A DNA stretch of 32,000 nt. Origin: Mycolicibacterium smegmatis. GTDB lineage: Bacteria; Actinomycetota; Actinomycetes; Mycobacteriales; Mycobacteriaceae. The notes beneath the pieces are model-generated. The model ran no database searches and was not told the DNA's origin. It saw nothing but the letters and a program-made list of their open reading frames with translations. The DNA lies in NCBI RefSeq assembly GCF_001457595.1, contig NZ_LN831039.1, positions 720,001 to 752,000 of the forward strand. Direction: 5' to 3'. Positions 8,559 through 20,833 of the stretch are shown piece by piece (position 1 is the first letter of the stretch; each line of letters opens with the position of its first letter). A program made the translations under genes and the position numbers.

Positions 8559-8602
8559 GTTAAGGGAGAGAGACGGGGGCTTAGTCGCTCCTGTGCACGC
8601 AT

Positions 8603-10429
8603 ATGGGAAGTGACACGCTTGCTGCTCCATCTCAAGGAGCGCCCCGGCTCGACCGCGATGTGGTCAGCCGCTTTGCGACATGCTGTCGTGCGCTGGGCCT
8701 GACGGTCAACGACCGGCAACGTCCGGCTGATCTCGCCGCGGCCAGGTCGGGTTTTGCTGGGTTGACCCACATCGCGCACGACCACTGCGATGCGTGGATC
8801 GGGCTGGCCGCCGCGGGCGAGGTGACTCCGGCTGTCGTCGACGCGGTGTGGCGGACAGTGGCCAGCGCCGGATTGTTGCAGCGTGAGATCGGACTCGCCG
8901 CCGGTGAACTCGGCTTCCTCTATGACACCGGGCTGTATCTGCAGTTCCGCGCCACCGAGCACGACGACTTCCAATTGGCTTACGCCGCACGGCTTTGCGC
9001 CGCAGGCAAGCTGGCTGACGCGGACCACCTGGTGGGCGAGGTGCTGTCACGCCGGCCGGGCTGGCTGAACGCCAAATGGTTGCGGGTGGCCATCAACTAC
9101 CGCGCGCAGCGCTGGTCGGACGTGGTGCGGCTGCTGACCCCGGTGGTGACGGACGAGTCGCTGGACGAGATCACCTCGCATGCCGCGCGGATCACCCTGG
9201 GCATCTCCCTGGCCCGGCTCGGAATGTTCGCACCCGCGCTGTCGTATCTGGAGGAGCCGTCCGGTCCGGTCGCGGTGGCGGCCGTCGACGGTGCGTTGGC
9301 CAAGGGCCTCACCCTGCGCGGGCAGGGCGAGGACGACGACGCCAACGACGTGTTGCAGGAACTCTTCGCCGCACATCCGGAGAACGAGCAGGTCGAAGCG
9401 GCACTACTGGATCCCACCTTCGGCCTGCTGACCACCACATCGGCGCGGATCGAGGCCCGGACGAATCCGTGGGACCCCGACTCTGAGCCCACCGAAGAGG
9501 AATTCGTCGACCCGGGCGCCAAGGAACGCAAAGCGCATCTGCTCGTCGAGGCCGAAGCCGAACTGGCGGAGTTCATCGGCCTGGAAGAGGTGAAGTACCA
9601 GGTGGCCCGGCTGAAAAGCTCGGTGGCGATGTCGATCCGGCGCCAGGAGCGCGGACTGACCGTCGCGCAGCGCACCAACCACCTGGTGTTCGCCGGCCCG
9701 CCCGGAACCGGTAAGACGACGATCGCGCGCGTCGTCGCCAAGATCTACTGCGGTCTGGGGCTGCTCAAGAAGGAGACCGTCCGCGAGGTGCACCGCGCCG
9801 ACCTCATCGGCCAGCACATCGGCGAGACCGAAGCCAAGACCAACGCGATCATCGACAGCGCGCTCGACGGCGTGCTGTTCCTCGACGAGGCCTACGCCCT
9901 GGTGTCCACCGGCGCCAAGAACGACTTCGGCCTCGTCGCCATCGACACCCTGCTGGCACGCATGGAGAACGACCGCGACCGGCTCGTCGTGATCGTCGCC
10001 GGGTACCGCAAGGACCTCGACGCATTCCTCGACACCAACGAAGGTCTGCGTTCGCGCTTCACGCGCAGCATCGACTTCCCGTCCTACACCGCACCCGAAC
10101 TCGTCGAGATCGCGGTGCGCATGGCCGAGAAACGCGACAGCGTGTTCGAGAAGGCCGCCCACGACGACATGGAGCGTCTGTTCACGCATCTCGCGCAGGC
10201 CACCACCCCCGACGCCAACGGTGTCGAGCGCCGCAGTCTCGACATCGCGGGTAACGCGCGCTTTGTCCGCAACCTGGTCGAGCGCTCCGAGGAGGAGCGC
10301 GAATACCGGCTCGACCACTCCGACCAAGAAGATTTCACCGACGAGGAGATGATGACGATCACCGCCGGTGACGTTCAGCGATCGGCCGCCCCGCTGCTGC
10401 GTGGCCTCGGACTGTCGGTGCCGGCATGA
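8603..10429 (+). CDS. eccA3: Type VII secretion AAA+ ATPase EccA3
   Basis: CbxX/CfqX-type AAA+ module with Walker A VFAGPPGTGKTTIARVVAK and Walker B GVLFLDEAYAL; 608 aa; first gene of the ESX cluster. Confidence 0.96.
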   Translation: MGSDTLAAPSQGAPRLDRDVVSRFATCCRALGLTVNDRQRPADLAAARSGFAGLTHIAHDHCDAWIGLAAAGEVTPAVVDAVWRTVASAGLLQREIGLAAGELGFLYDTGLYLQFRATEHDDFQLAYAARLCAAGKLADADHLVGEVLSRRPGWLNAKWLRVAINYRAQRWSDVVRLLTPVVTDESLDEITSHAARITLGISLARLGMFAPALSYLEEPSGPVAVAAVDGALAKGLTLRGQGEDDDANDVLQELFAAHPENEQVEAALLDPTFGLLTTTSARIEARTNPWDPDSEPTEEEFVDPGAKERKAHLLVEAEAELAEFIGLEEVKYQVARLKSSVAMSIRRQERGLTVAQRTNHLVFAGPPGTGKTTIARVVAKIYCGLGLLKKETVREVHRADLIGQHIGETEAKTNAIIDSALDGVLFLDEAYALVSTGAKNDFGLVAIDTLLARMENDRDRLVVIVAGYRKDLDAFLDTNEGLRSRFTRSIDFPSYTAPELVEIAVRMAEKRDSVFEKAAHDDMERLFTHLAQATTPDANGVERRSLDIAGNARFVRNLVERSEEEREYRLDHSDQEDFTDEEMMTITAGDVQRSAAPLLRGLGLSVPA

Positions 10430-11982
10430 CCGGCCCCGTCAACCCCGACGACCGGCGCTCGTTCAGCTCGCGCACGCCGGTCAACGAGAACCCCGACGGC
10501 GTGCAGTACCGCCGCGGTTTCGTCACGCGACACCAGGTGAGCGGCTGGCGATTCGTCATGCGCCGCATCGCTTCCGGCGTCGCGCTGCACGACACCCGCA
10601 TGCTCGTCGACCCGTTGCGCACGCAGAGCCGCGCCGTGCTCACCGGTGCGCTGATCCTCGTCACGGGCCTGGTCGGCTGCTTCATCTTCTCGCTGTTCCG
10701 TCCGGGCGGCGTGCCGGGCAACGACGCGATCCTCGCCGACCGGTCGACCTCTGCGCTGTACGTGCGGGTCGGTGAACAACTGCACCCGGTGCTCAACCTG
10801 ACCTCAGCACGCCTGATCTCCGGATCACCGGACAACCCGACGATGGTCAAGACCTCCGAGATCGACAAGTTCCCGCGCGGAAACCTGCTCGGCATCCCCG
10901 GCGCCCCGGAACGCATGGTGCAGAACGCCGCCACCGACGCGGAGTGGACCGTGTGCGACGCCGTCGGCGGCGCCAACCCCGGCGTGACAGTGATCGCCGG
11001 CCCGCTCGGCGCCGACGGGGAGCGTGCCGCCCCGCTGCCACCCGACCACGCGGTGCTCGTGCACAGCGACGCCGAACCCAACCCCGGTGACTGGCTGTTG
11101 TGGGACGGCAAGCGCAGCCCGATCGACCTGGCCGACCGCGCCGTGACCGACGCGCTGGGCCTCAGCGGGCAGGCCCTGGTGCCGAGGCCCATCGCAGCCG
11201 GGCTGTTCAACGCGGTTCCCGCGGCACCCGCGCTGACCGCGCCGGTGATCCCCGACGCCGGTGCCGCACCGCAATTCGAGCTCTCGCTGCCCGTGCCCGT
11301 CGGCGCGGTCGTGGTGGCCTACGACGCCGACAACACCGCGCGGTACTACGCCGTGTTGTCCGATGGACTGCAGCCCATCTCGCCCGTGCTCGCGGCGATC
11401 CTGCGCAACACCGACTCCCACGGTTTCGCGCAGCCGCCGCGACTGGGGCCGGACGAGGTGGCCCGTACGCCGATGTCACGCGCCCTGGACACCTCGGCCT
11501 ATCCGGACAACCCCGTGACCCTCGTCGAGGCATCGGCCGATCCGGTGACGTGCGCGCACTGGACGAAACCGTCTGACGCCGCGGAGAGTTCGCTGTCGGT
11601 GCTCTCCGGTGCGGTGCTGCCGCTGCCGGAAGGCCTGCACACCGTGGACCTGGTCGGTGCGGGCGCGGGCGGTGCGGCCAACCGCGTCGCGCTGACGCCT
11701 GGCACCGGATACTTCGTCCAGACGGTCGGAGCCGAACCCGGCTCGCCCACCGCGGGATCGATGTTCTGGGTCAGCGATACGGGCGTGCGCTACGGGATCG
11801 ACACGGCCGGGGATGACAAAGTGGTTGCCGCACTGGGACTTTCCGCGCCGCCGCTGCCGGTGCCGTGGTCGGTGCTGTCGCAGTTCGCGGCCGGACCCGC
11901 CCTGTCGCGTGGCGATGCGCTCGTCGCGCATGACGCCGTGTCGACCAACCCGAACTCTGCGCGTATGGAGGCCTCCCGATGA
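10426..11982 (+). CDS. eccB3: ESX-3 core component EccB3
   Basis: N-terminal [33 protein letters not shown], one TM segment ([22 protein letters not shown]), [23 protein letters not shown]; ATGA overlap with eccA3. Confidence 0.96.
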   Translation: MTGPVNPDDRRSFSSRTPVNENPDGVQYRRGFVTRHQVSGWRFVMRRIASGVALHDTRMLVDPLRTQSRAVLTGALILVTGLVGCFIFSLFRPGGVPGNDAILADRSTSALYVRVGEQLHPVLNLTSARLISGSPDNPTMVKTSEIDKFPRGNLLGIPGAPERMVQNAATDAEWTVCDAVGGANPGVTVIAGPLGADGERAAPLPPDHAVLVHSDAEPNPGDWLLWDGKRSPIDLADRAVTDALGLSGQALVPRPIAAGLFNAVPAAPALTAPVIPDAGAAPQFELSLPVPVGAVVVAYDADNTARYYAVLSDGLQPISPVLAAILRNTDSHGFAQPPRLGPDEVARTPMSRALDTSAYPDNPVTLVEASADPVTCAHWTKPSDAAESSLSVLSGAVLPLPEGLHTVDLVGAGAGGAANRVALTPGTGYFVQTVGAEPGSPTAGSMFWVSDTGVRYGIDTAGDDKVVAALGLSAPPLPVPWSVLSQFAAGPALSRGDALVAHDAVSTNPNSARMEASR

Positions 11983-14900
11983 GCCGGCTCATCTTCGAGC
12001 ACCAGCGTCGGCTGACGCCGCCCGCCACCCGCAAGGGCACCATCACGATCGAACCGCCACCGCAGTTGCCGCGCGTGGTGCCACCGTCGCTGCTGCGCCG
12101 GGTGCTGCCGTTTCTGATCGTGATCCTGATCGTGGGCATGATCGTGGCGCTGTTCGCCACCGGTATGCGGCTGATCTCGCCGACCATGCTGTTCTTCCCG
12201 TTCGTCCTGCTGCTGGCCGCGACCGCGCTCTACCGCGGCGGCGACAACAAGATGCGCACCGAGGAGGTCGACGCCGAACGCGCCGACTACCTGCGGTACC
12301 TGTCGGTGGTGCGCGACAACGTGCGCGCGCACGCCGCCGAGCAGCGCGCCGCGCTCGAGTGGTCGCACCCCGAACCCGAAGTGCTGGTGACGATTCCCGG
12401 CACGCGCAGGCAGTGGGAGCGCGACCCGCGCGACCGTGACTTCCTGGTGCTGCGGGCCGGCAGGCACGACGTGCCGCTGGACGCCGCGCTGAAGGTCAAG
12501 GACACCGCCGACGAGATCGACCTCGAGCCCGTGGCGCACAGTGCGTTGCGCGGCCTGCTCGACGTACAGCGCACCGTGCGCGACGCACCCACGGGCCTCG
12601 ACGTCGCCAAGCTGGCCCGCATCACCGTGATCGGCGAGGCCGACGAGGTCCGCGCCGCGATCCGGGCCTGGATCGCGCAGGCCGTCACGTGGCACGACCC
12701 CACCATGCTCGGGGTGGCGCTCGCCGCGCCCGATCTGGAGTCCGGTGACTGGTCGTGGTTGAAATGGCTTCCGCACGTAGATATCCCGAACGAGGCCGAC
12801 GGTGTCGGGCCGGCGCGGTACCTGACCACGTCCACAGCCGAACTGCGTGAGCGGCTGGCTCCGGCGCTGGCCGACCGGCCGCTGTTCCCGGCCGAGTCCG
12901 GTGCGGCGCTCAAGCATCTGCTGGTGGTGCTCGACGACCCCGATGCCGATCCCGACGACATCGCCCGCAAGCCTGGGCTGACCGGTGTCACCGTCATCCA
13001 CCGCGCCACGGAACTGCCCAACCGCGAGCAGTACCCCGATCCCGAGCGCCCCATCCTGCGCGTCGTCGACGGCCGGATCGAGCGCTGGCAGGTGGGTGGC
13101 TGGCAGCCCTGTGTCGATGTGGCCGACACGATGTCGGCGGCCGAGGCCGCGCACATCGCGCGGCGGCTGTCGCGGTGGGACTCCAATCCGGGATACATCC
13201 GCTCCACCTCGACCGGCGGTGCGACGTTCACGACGCTGCTCGGCATCCCCGACGCCTCGGCGCTCGACGTGGCGAGCCTGTGGGCGCCCCGGCCGCGCGA
13301 CGAGGAACTGCGCGTGCCGATCGGCGTCACCTCGACCGGTGAGCCGCTGTACTTCGACCTCAAGGACGAGGCCGAGGGCGGTATGGGCCCGCACGGGCTG
13401 ATGATCGGTATGACGGGTTCGGGCAAGTCACAAACCCTGATGTCGATCCTGTTGTCGCTGTTGACCACCCATCCCGCCGATCGCCTCATCGTGATCTACG
13501 CGGACTTCAAGGGTGAGGCCGGAGCCGACATCTTCCGCCACTTCCCGCAGGTCGTGGCGGTCATCTCCAACATGGCCGAGAAGCGGTCGCTGGCCGACAG
13601 GTTCGCCGACACGCTGCGCGGTGAGGTGGCCCGGCGCGAGCAGATCCTCAAAGAGGCCGGGCGCAGGGTGCAGGGCAGCGCGTTCAACTCGGTCGCCGAG
13701 TACGAGAGCGCGATCGCCGCAGGCCATGACCTGCCGCCCATGCCCACACTGTTCGTGGTCGCCGACGAGTTCACGCTCATGCTCGCCGAACATCCCGAGT
13801 ACGCCGACCTGTTCGATTACGTTGCGCGCAAGGGCCGCTCGTTCCGGATCCACCTGCTGTTCGCGTCGCAGACGCTGGACGTGGGCCGTATCAAGGACAT
13901 CGACAAGAACACCTCGTACCGCATCGGTCTCAAGGTGGCCAGCCCGAGCATCTCGCGGCAGATCATCGGTGTCGAGGACGCCTACCACATCGAGTCCGGC
14001 CGCGAACACAAAGGCGAGGGCTTCTTGGTACCAGCGCCCGGTGCGGTGCCGATCAAGTTCCGCAGCACCTACGTCGACGGCATCTACGATCCGCCACGCG
14101 CCGAGAAGTCGATTGTGGTGCACGCACTTCCGCAGCCGCAGGTGTTCACGGCGGGACGCGTCGAACCCGAACCCGACACCGTGATCACCACGGGCGACGT
14201 CGAGGTGCACACCGCGCCGCCGCGCAAGTTGATCGCCACCATCGGCGACCAACTGGCGGCCTACGGACCCAAGGCCCCCCAGCTGTGGCTGCCGCCGCTG
14301 GACGAGCCGAGCGCACTGGCCGACGTGCTTGCCGGTGCCGACGTCGAGCCGGGGCAGCTGCGCTGGCCGCTGGGCGAGATCGACAAGCCGTTCGAGATGC
14401 GGCGCGACGTGCTGGTGTACGACGCGCACACCGCGGCCGCCAACGTGCTCATCCACGGCGGCCCGCGGTCAGGCAAGTCCACGGCATTGCAGACGTTCGT
14501 CCTGAGCGCCGCGGCGCTGCACTCGCCGCGCGAGATCACCTTCTACTGCCTCGATTACGGCGGCGGGAGGCTCGCCGACCTCGCGGACCTGGCACACGTC
14601 GGCAGCGTCGCGACCCCGCTGGAGCCCGAGCGTATCCGCCGCACGTTCGGCGAGCTGGAGCAGTTGCTGAGGGCGCGTCAGCGCCAGGGCGCGGTCAACC
14701 GCACGGGCTCGTACACGGACGGCTACGGCGAAGTGTTCCTGGTGATCGACAACCTGTACGCGTTCAGCCGCGACAACACCGACACCTTCAACACCCGCAA
14801 CCCGTTGCTGGCCAAGGTCACCGAGCTGGCCAACAGCGGCCTGGCCTACGGCATCCACGTCGTCATCACCACGCCGAACTGGCTGGAGGTGCCGCTGGCG

Positions 14901-15956
14901 ATGCGCGACGGCCTCGGTCTGCGTCTCGAGCTCAAACTGCACGACTCGCACGACAGCATCGTGCGCGTGGCCGGTGCCCTGCGCAGGCCTGCAGATTCGG
15001 TGCCGGCCGATCAGCCGGGCCGCGGCCTGACCATGGCCGCCGAACACTTCCTGTTCGCCGAACCGGCGCTGAGCGACATCGCGGTCATCAACGCGCGGTA
15101 CCCGGGCGTCAGCGCACCGCCCGTGCGCCTGCTGCCCACAGACCTGTCGCCCGACGCACTGGCGCCGCTGTACCCGGCGCCGGAGACCGTGGTCATCGGT
15201 CAGCGCGAAGAGGATCTGGCGCCGGTGGCCGTCGACTTCGCGAACCACCCGCTGCTCATGGTGTTCGGTGACTCGAAGTCGGGCAAGACGACGCTGCTGC
15301 GCCACATCATCCGCACGGTGCGGGAGAACTCGACACCGGACCAGGTCGCGTTCACGGTGATCGACCGCAGGCTGCATCTGGTCGACGAACCGCTCTTCCC
15401 GGACAACGAGTACACCGCGAACATCGACCGTGTGCTGCCCGCGATGCTGGGGCTGTCGGCTCTCATCGAGAAGCGGCGCCCACCTGCTGGATTGTCCGCT
15501 CAAGAGCTCAGCCGGTGGACCTACACGGGCCACACGCACTACCTGATCATCGACGACGTGGACCAGATCCCCGATACGCCCGCGGTGAGCGGACCGTTCG
15601 TGGGGCAGCGCCCGTGGACGAACATCGTCGGATTGCTCGCCGAGGCAGCCGATCTCGGCCTGCGCGTGATCGTCACCGCACGTGCCACCGGCTCTGCCCA
15701 CGCGGTGATGACCGCACCGCTGTTGCGTCGCCTCAACGATCTGCAGGCGACCACGCTGATGCTGTCGGGCAATCCCACCGACAGCGGCAAGATCCGCGGC
15801 CACCGGTTCGCCCGGTTCCCGGCCGGCCGTGGCCTGCTGCTGACCGACACCGACACCCCCGACCACATCCAGTTGGTCAACCCGCTCGGCGACGCGGCCC
15901 TGAGCGGAAACATCGGGAACAACGGGAATCACAACCGAGGAGGGGAATACCGATGA
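11979..15956 (+). CDS. eccC3: ESX-3 FtsK/SpoIIIE-type ATPase EccC3 (single 1325-aa chain)
   Basis: Two N-terminal TM segments and three P-loops: [41 protein letters not shown] overlap with eccB3. Confidence 0.97.
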   Translation: MSRLIFEHQRRLTPPATRKGTITIEPPPQLPRVVPPSLLRRVLPFLIVILIVGMIVALFATGMRLISPTMLFFPFVLLLAATALYRGGDNKMRTEEVDAERADYLRYLSVVRDNVRAHAAEQRAALEWSHPEPEVLVTIPGTRRQWERDPRDRDFLVLRAGRHDVPLDAALKVKDTADEIDLEPVAHSALRGLLDVQRTVRDAPTGLDVAKLARITVIGEADEVRAAIRAWIAQAVTWHDPTMLGVALAAPDLESGDWSWLKWLPHVDIPNEADGVGPARYLTTSTAELRERLAPALADRPLFPAESGAALKHLLVVLDDPDADPDDIARKPGLTGVTVIHRATELPNREQYPDPERPILRVVDGRIERWQVGGWQPCVDVADTMSAAEAAHIARRLSRWDSNPGYIRSTSTGGATFTTLLGIPDASALDVASLWAPRPRDEELRVPIGVTSTGEPLYFDLKDEAEGGMGPHGLMIGMTGSGKSQTLMSILLSLLTTHPADRLIVIYADFKGEAGADIFRHFPQVVAVISNMAEKRSLADRFADTLRGEVARREQILKEAGRRVQGSAFNSVAEYESAIAAGHDLPPMPTLFVVADEFTLMLAEHPEYADLFDYVARKGRSFRIHLLFASQTLDVGRIKDIDKNTSYRIGLKVASPSISRQIIGVEDAYHIESGREHKGEGFLVPAPGAVPIKFRSTYVDGIYDPPRAEKSIVVHALPQPQVFTAGRVEPEPDTVITTGDVEVHTAPPRKLIATIGDQLAAYGPKAPQLWLPPLDEPSALADVLAGADVEPGQLRWPLGEIDKPFEMRRDVLVYDAHTAAANVLIHGGPRSGKSTALQTFVLSAAALHSPREITFYCLDYGGGRLADLADLAHVGSVATPLEPERIRRTFGELEQLLRARQRQGAVNRTGSYTDGYGEVFLVIDNLYAFSRDNTDTFNTRNPLLAKVTELANSGLAYGIHVVITTPNWLEVPLAMRDGLGLRLELKLHDSHDSIVRVAGALRRPADSVPADQPGRGLTMAAEHFLFAEPALSDIAVINARYPGVSAPPVRLLPTDLSPDALAPLYPAPETVVIGQREEDLAPVAVDFANHPLLMVFGDSKSGKTTLLRHIIRTVRENSTPDQVAFTVIDRRLHLVDEPLFPDNEYTANIDRVLPAMLGLSALIEKRRPPAGLSAQELSRWTYTGHTHYLIIDDVDQIPDTPAVSGPFVGQRPWTNIVGLLAEAADLGLRVIVTARATGSAHAVMTAPLLRRLNDLQATTLMLSGNPTDSGKIRGHRFARFPAGRGLLLTDTDTPDHIQLVNPLGDAALSGNIGNNGNHNRGGEYR

Positions 15957-16264
15957 CACTGCGCGTAGTTCCGGAAGGTCTCACGGCGGCCAGTTCGGCC
16001 GTCGAGGCGCTGACCGCGCGTCTGGCGGCCGCACACGCCGCTGCCGCCCCGATGATCTCGACCGTTCTCCCGCCTGCGGCCGACGCGGTGTCCCTGCAGA
16101 CCGCGGCCGGCTTCAGCGCCAACGGCGCACAGCAGTCGGCGGTCGCCGCCCAGGGTGTCGAGGAGCTCGGCCGGTCCGGTGTCGGAGTGGGCGAGTCCGG
16201 TGTCAGCTACGCGACCGGTGACGCCCAGGCGGCGGCGTCGTACCTGACGGCCCGCGGCCTCTGA
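15953..16264 (+). CDS. PE5: PE family protein PE5
   Basis: Short 103-aa PE-like helical protein [33 protein letters not shown] with C-terminal YxxxD motif (YATGD); lies between eccC3 and PPE4. Confidence 0.93.
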   Translation: MTLRVVPEGLTAASSAVEALTARLAAAHAAAAPMISTVLPPAADAVSLQTAAGFSANGAQQSAVAAQGVEELGRSGVGVGESGVSYATGDAQAAASYLTARGL

Positions 16265-16265
16265 C

Positions 16266-17837
16266 ATGACGGCCCCTATCTGGATGGCTCTGCCGCCCGA
16301 GGTGCACTCGTCGCTGCTGTCCAGCGGCCCAGGCCCCGGGTCGCTGCTGGCCGCCGCGGGGGCGTGGCAGTCGCTCAGCGCCGAATACGCCGCGGCGGCA
16401 GCCGAACTCACGAGTGTGCTGAGCGCGGTGCAGGCCGGCTCGTGGGAAGGTCCGAGTTCCGAGCAGTATGTCGCGGCCCACGCGCCGTATCTGCAGTGGC
16501 TCGCGCAGCAGAGCGCCAACAGCGCGGCCGCGGCCGTCCAGCACGAGACCGCGGCCGCGGCGTACTCCACGGCACTGGCCACGATGCCGACCATGGCCGA
16601 ACTGGCGCTCAACCACACCATGCACGGTGTGCTCGTGGCCACGAACTTCTTCGGGATCAACACGATCCCGATCGCGCTCAACGAGGCCGACTACGTGCGC
16701 ATGTGGATCCAGGCCGCCACCACCATGAGCACCTATCAGGCGGTCTCGGGCGCTGCGGTGGCCGCGGCGCCGGTGAGCGCACCGGCGCCGTTCCTGCTCA
16801 AACCGGGTGTCGGCGAGGCCGGTTCGGCCTCGGCGAGTGTGCAGCAGATGTCGGCCCAGGCCACGGCCGCCGAATCAGGCTCGAGCCTCGACCTTTCCAG
16901 CATCATCTCCGACCTGCTGAACCAGTACCTGCAGGGCGTGCCCGGGGGCCAGGCGATCCTCGACTTCCTCAAGGACCCACTGGGCAACCTGGGCCGGCTG
17001 CTGACGGACTTCATGACGAATCCGGCCGGTGCCCTGGCGACATGGTGGCCGTTCCTGTTCGGCGTGGCCTACCAGGTGTTCTTCAACCTGGTCGGCTGGC
17101 CGACGTGGGGCATGATCTTCGCGTCGCCGTTCCTGATCCCGGCGCTGGCCGCGCTGGGCATCACCGGCCTGGTCCTGCTCATCGACCACGTGCTGAACAA
17201 CCCGGTCGATGTGCCCGCCGAGGATGAGGCGCCGCAGGAGGTGGCAGCCGCGCCTCGCACGGATCAGCCGTTGGCAGTGGGCATCTCACCCGCGGGCGTG
17301 CCCGGGTCCGCCGCGACCGCCGCGGCCCCGGCTCCTGCGCCTGCAGGCACCACGGTGGCCGCCCCGGCGCCGGCCGCCGCGACGTTCGTGCCGTACGCGG
17401 TGGCCAACCGTGATCCCGGTGAGGGCTTCACGCCGACGTTGGGGAACAAATCGCAGGTCGCCGCGCCCGCATCGGGCGTCCCGGCCGCGGCCTCCGGCGT
17501 GGCGGCGTCCCTCGCCTCGCGGCGAAAGCGCCGGCGCAAGAAGGGCGCCCAGATCGAGGAACGCGGCTACGCCGACGCCTACATGGATTACGAGGAGCCG
17601 GACGAGGACCCGGCGCCCCAGCCGGAGCCCCGCGTGCGCGCCTCCGAACGTGGCTCGGATGCAATGGGATTCACCGGGACGGTGACCAGACACGACGTCA
17701 CCGCCGCCGGGCTGACCACGCTGACCGGCGACACCTTCGACGACCGGCCGGTCACCCCCATGCTGCCCGGCACGTGGGACGGCGACGAGAATCCGGCGCC
17801 GAGCCCCGATGATCCGGAAGGGGGTCCGCGCCGCTGA
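16266..17837 (+). CDS. PPE4: PPE family protein PPE4
   Basis: [49 protein letters not shown]-x-G equivalent [21 protein letters not shown]; 523 aa; directly follows PE5. Confidence 0.95.
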   Translation: MTAPIWMALPPEVHSSLLSSGPGPGSLLAAAGAWQSLSAEYAAAAAELTSVLSAVQAGSWEGPSSEQYVAAHAPYLQWLAQQSANSAAAAVQHETAAAAYSTALATMPTMAELALNHTMHGVLVATNFFGINTIPIALNEADYVRMWIQAATTMSTYQAVSGAAVAAAPVSAPAPFLLKPGVGEAGSASASVQQMSAQATAAESGSSLDLSSIISDLLNQYLQGVPGGQAILDFLKDPLGNLGRLLTDFMTNPAGALATWWPFLFGVAYQVFFNLVGWPTWGMIFASPFLIPALAALGITGLVLLIDHVLNNPVDVPAEDEAPQEVAAAPRTDQPLAVGISPAGVPGSAATAAAPAPAPAGTTVAAPAPAAATFVPYAVANRDPGEGFTPTLGNKSQVAAPASGVPAAASGVAASLASRRKRRRKKGAQIEERGYADAYMDYEEPDEDPAPQPEPRVRASERGSDAMGFTGTVTRHDVTAAGLTTLTGDTFDDRPVTPMLPGTWDGDENPAPSPDDPEGGPRR

Positions 17838-17886
17838 CCAGACCGTTTAGCAGTTCCGGAACCACCACCTTCGAAAGGAAACAGTC

Positions 17887-18180
17887 ATGAGTCTTCTCGA
17901 CGCTCACATCCCCCAGCTGATCGCGTCCGAGGCCAACTTCGGCGCCAAGGCCGCCCTGATGCGCAGCACCATCGCCCAGGCCGAGCAGGCCGCGATGAGT
18001 TCGCAGGCCTTCCACATGGGTGAGGCCTCCGCGGCCTTCCAGGCCGCGCATGCCCGTTTCGTCGAGGTCTCGGCCAAGGTCAATGCGCTGCTCGACATCG
18101 CGCAGCTCAACATCGGCGACGCGGCCTCGAGCTACGTCGCGCAGGACGCCGCCGCGGCCAGCACCTACACCGGTATCTGA
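17887..18180 (+). CDS. esxG: ESAT-6/CFP-10-family protein EsxG
   Basis: [58 protein letters not shown] with C-terminal YVAQD (YxxxD); 97 aa. Confidence 0.97.
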   Translation: MSLLDAHIPQLIASEANFGAKAALMRSTIAQAEQAAMSSQAFHMGEASAAFQAAHARFVEVSAKVNALLDIAQLNIGDAASSYVAQDAAAASTYTGI

Positions 18181-18214
18181 TCACCCCGTCTTCTTCACCG
18201 AACCAGGAGTTCTC

Positions 18215-18502
18215 ATGTCCCAGATCATGTACAACTACCCGGCGATGCTCGCGCACGCCGCGGAGATGAACACCTACTCCGGTGCGCTGCACGCCGTCGG
18301 CGCCGACATCGCCGCCGAGCAGCACGCGCTGGCGAGCGCCTGGCAGGGCGACACCGGTATGACCTACCAGGCGTGGCAGGCCCAGTGGAACCAGGCCATG
18401 GAGGAACTCGTGCGTGCCTACCGCGCGATGGCCACCACGCACGAGCAGAACACCATGGCGATGAGCGCGCGCGACCAGGCCGAAGGCGCCAAGTGGGGAT
18501 GA
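18215..18502 (+). CDS. esxH: ESAT-6-family protein EsxH
   Basis: [52 protein letters not shown] with WxG (WQG); 95 aa; directly downstream of esxG. Confidence 0.97.
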   Translation: MSQIMYNYPAMLAHAAEMNTYSGALHAVGADIAAEQHALASAWQGDTGMTYQAWQAQWNQAMEELVRAYRAMATTHEQNTMAMSARDQAEGAKWG

Positions 18503-18514
18503 TGCCGGATCACC

Positions 18515-19396
18515 GTGGGGCCTAACGCTGTTGAGCTGACCACCGACCAGGCCTGGTGCCTCGCCGATGTCCTGGGCGCCGGGTCGTACCCGTGGGTGCT
18601 GGCGATCACGCCGCCGTACAGCGATCACTCGCAGCGGTCGGCGTTCCTCGCAGCGCAGTCCGCGGAACTGACCCGGATGGGCGTCGTCAACTCTGCCGGT
18701 GCGGTCGATCCCCGGGTCGCGCAGTGGATCACGACGGTCTGCCGTGCGACACAGTGGCTCGATCTGCGGTTCGTGTCGGGACCGGGTGATCTGTTGCGCG
18801 GCATGGTCGCCCGCCGGTCGGAAGAAACCGTCGTCGCGTTGCGCAACGCGCAGTTGGTCACCTTCACCGCGATGGACATCGGCCACCAGCACGCACTGGT
18901 GCCGGTGCTCACAGCGGGGCTGTCAGGACGGAAACCTGCCCGGTTCGACGACTTCGCACTGCCCGCCGCCGCGGGTGCGCGGGCCGACGAGCAGATCCGC
19001 AACGGAGCCCCACTGGCCGAGGTGCTGGAGTTCCTCGGGGTTCCGCCCTCGGCGCGGCCACTGGTCGAGTCGGTGTTCGACGGTCGGCGCACCTACGTCG
19101 AGATCGTCGCGGGCGAGCACCGCGACGGCCACCGCGTCACCACCGAAGTGGGGGTCAGCATCGTCGACACCGCACAGGGCCGGATACTGGTTCACCCGAC
19201 GAAAGCCTTCGACGGAGAGTGGATCTCGACCTTCACGCCCGGCAGCGCCGACGCGATCGCCATGGCGGTCGAGCGGCTGACCGCATCCCTCCCCAGCGGA
19301 TCCTGGTTCCCCGACCAGCCGCTCACCCGCGACTTCGACGAAGACGCGGCAACCCACCGAGAACCAGTTCTCCAGAGAAGAACCCAGAAAGCATAG
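18515..19396 (+). CDS. espG3: ESX-3 secretion-associated chaperone EspG3
   Basis: [35 protein letters not shown]; 293 aa; GTG start; position between esxH and eccD3. Confidence 0.95.
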   Translation: MGPNAVELTTDQAWCLADVLGAGSYPWVLAITPPYSDHSQRSAFLAAQSAELTRMGVVNSAGAVDPRVAQWITTVCRATQWLDLRFVSGPGDLLRGMVARRSEETVVALRNAQLVTFTAMDIGHQHALVPVLTAGLSGRKPARFDDFALPAAAGARADEQIRNGAPLAEVLEFLGVPPSARPLVESVFDGRRTYVEIVAGEHRDGHRVTTEVGVSIVDTAQGRILVHPTKAFDGEWISTFTPGSADAIAMAVERLTASLPSGSWFPDQPLTRDFDEDAATHREPVLQRRTQKA

Positions 19397-19398
19397 GA

Positions 19399-20826
19399 AT
19401 GTCCGAGAACACTGTGATGCCGATCGTCCGGGTGGCCGTGCTGGCCGCCGGAGACGACGGTGGCCGGCTGACCGAGATGGCCCTGCCGTCCGAGTTGCCA
19501 CTGCGCGAGATCCTGCCCGCGGTCCAGCGCATCGTGCAGCCCGCCCGTGAGAACGACGGTGCCGCCGATCCGGCCGCAGCGCCGAACCCGGTGCGGCTCA
19601 GCCTCGCTCCGATCGGCGGTGCGCCGTTCAGCTTGGACGCCACGCTCGACACGGTCGGCGTCGTCGACGGTGATCTGCTCGCGCTGCAGGCGGTCCCGTC
19701 CGGACCGCCCGCGCCGCGGATCGTGGAGGACATCGCCGACGCCGCGGTCATCTTCTCCGAGGCACGCAGGCGCCAGTGGGGTCCCACGCACATCGCGCGT
19801 GGTGCGGCGCTCGCGCTGATCGGGCTGATCCTCGTCGGCACGGGACTTTCCGTCGCCCACCGGGTGATCACCGGGGATCTGCTCGGACAGTTCATCGTCA
19901 GCGGCATCGCGCTGGCCACCGTGATCGCGGCGCTGGCCGTGCGCAACCGGTCCGCGGTGCTCGCGACGTCGCTGGCCGTCACCGCACTCGTCCCAGTGGC
20001 CGCGGCGTTCGCGCTGGGTGTGCCAGGTGATTTCGGCGCGCCGAACGTGCTGCTCGCCGCGGCCGGTGTCGCCGCGTGGTCGTTGATCAGCATGGCCGGC
20101 TCGCCCGACGACCGCGGTATCGCGGTGTTCACCGCGACCGCCGTGACCGGCGTCGGCGTCCTGCTGGTCGCGGGCGCGGCGTCGCTGTGGGTCATCTCGT
20201 CGGACGTCATCGGCTGCGCGCTGGTGCTCCTCGGTCTGATCGTCACGGTGCAGGCCGCACAACTGTCGGCGATGTGGGCCCGGTTTCCGCTGCCGGTGAT
20301 CCCGGCGCCCGGCGATCCGACGCCTGCCGCGCGGCCCCTTTCGGTACTCGCCGATCTGCCGCGCCGCGTGCGGGTGAGCCAGGCGCACCAGACCGGTGTG
20401 ATCGCCGCGGGTGTGCTGTTGGGCGTCGCCGGTTCGGTGGCCCTGGTGAGCTCGGCGAACGCCTCGCCGTGGGCCTGGTACATCGTGGTCGCCGCGGCGG
20501 CCGGTGCGGCGCTGCGCGCCCGGGTCTGGGACTCCGCGGCCTGCAAGGCGTGGCTGCTGGGGCACTCCTATCTGCTGGCCGTGGCACTGCTGGTGGCGTT
20601 CGTGATCGGCGATCGGTACCAGGCCGCGCTGTGGGCGCTGGCCGCGCTCGCCGTGCTCGTGCTGGTCTGGATCGTCGCGGCGCTCAACCCGAAGATCGCC
20701 TCGCCGGACACCTATTCGCTGCCGATGCGCCGCATGGTCGGCTTCCTCGCCACCGGCCTCGACGCGTCGCTGATCCCGGTGATGGCGCTGCTGGTCGGCC
20801 TGTTCAGCCTCGTGCTCGACAGGTGA
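19399..20826 (+). CDS. eccD3: ESX-3 integral membrane protein EccD3
   Basis: Ubiquitin-like N-terminal domain (MPIVRVAVLAAGDDGGRLTEMALPSELPLREILPAVQRIV) followed by many TM helices; 475 aa. Confidence 0.96.
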   Translation: MSENTVMPIVRVAVLAAGDDGGRLTEMALPSELPLREILPAVQRIVQPARENDGAADPAAAPNPVRLSLAPIGGAPFSLDATLDTVGVVDGDLLALQAVPSGPPAPRIVEDIADAAVIFSEARRRQWGPTHIARGAALALIGLILVGTGLSVAHRVITGDLLGQFIVSGIALATVIAALAVRNRSAVLATSLAVTALVPVAAAFALGVPGDFGAPNVLLAAAGVAAWSLISMAGSPDDRGIAVFTATAVTGVGVLLVAGAASLWVISSDVIGCALVLLGLIVTVQAAQLSAMWARFPLPVIPAPGDPTPAARPLSVLADLPRRVRVSQAHQTGVIAAGVLLGVAGSVALVSSANASPWAWYIVVAAAAGAALRARVWDSAACKAWLLGHSYLLAVALLVAFVIGDRYQAALWALAALAVLVLVWIVAALNPKIASPDTYSLPMRRMVGFLATGLDASLIPVMALLVGLFSLVLDR

Positions 20827-20833
20827 TGCCCCG

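Noticed and set aside
9097-10327. Antisense ORFs opposite eccA3 (214 and 307 aa)
   Set aside because: They are antisense to a clear AAA+ ATPase coding frame and have no supporting motifs or ribosome-binding sites.
12287-15959. Long antisense ORFs opposite eccC3 (400, 342 and 496 aa) and a plus-strand shadow ORF at 11790-13394
   Set aside because: The high-confidence EccC3 frame with three P-loops covers the region. The alternatives are compositional shadows without motifs.
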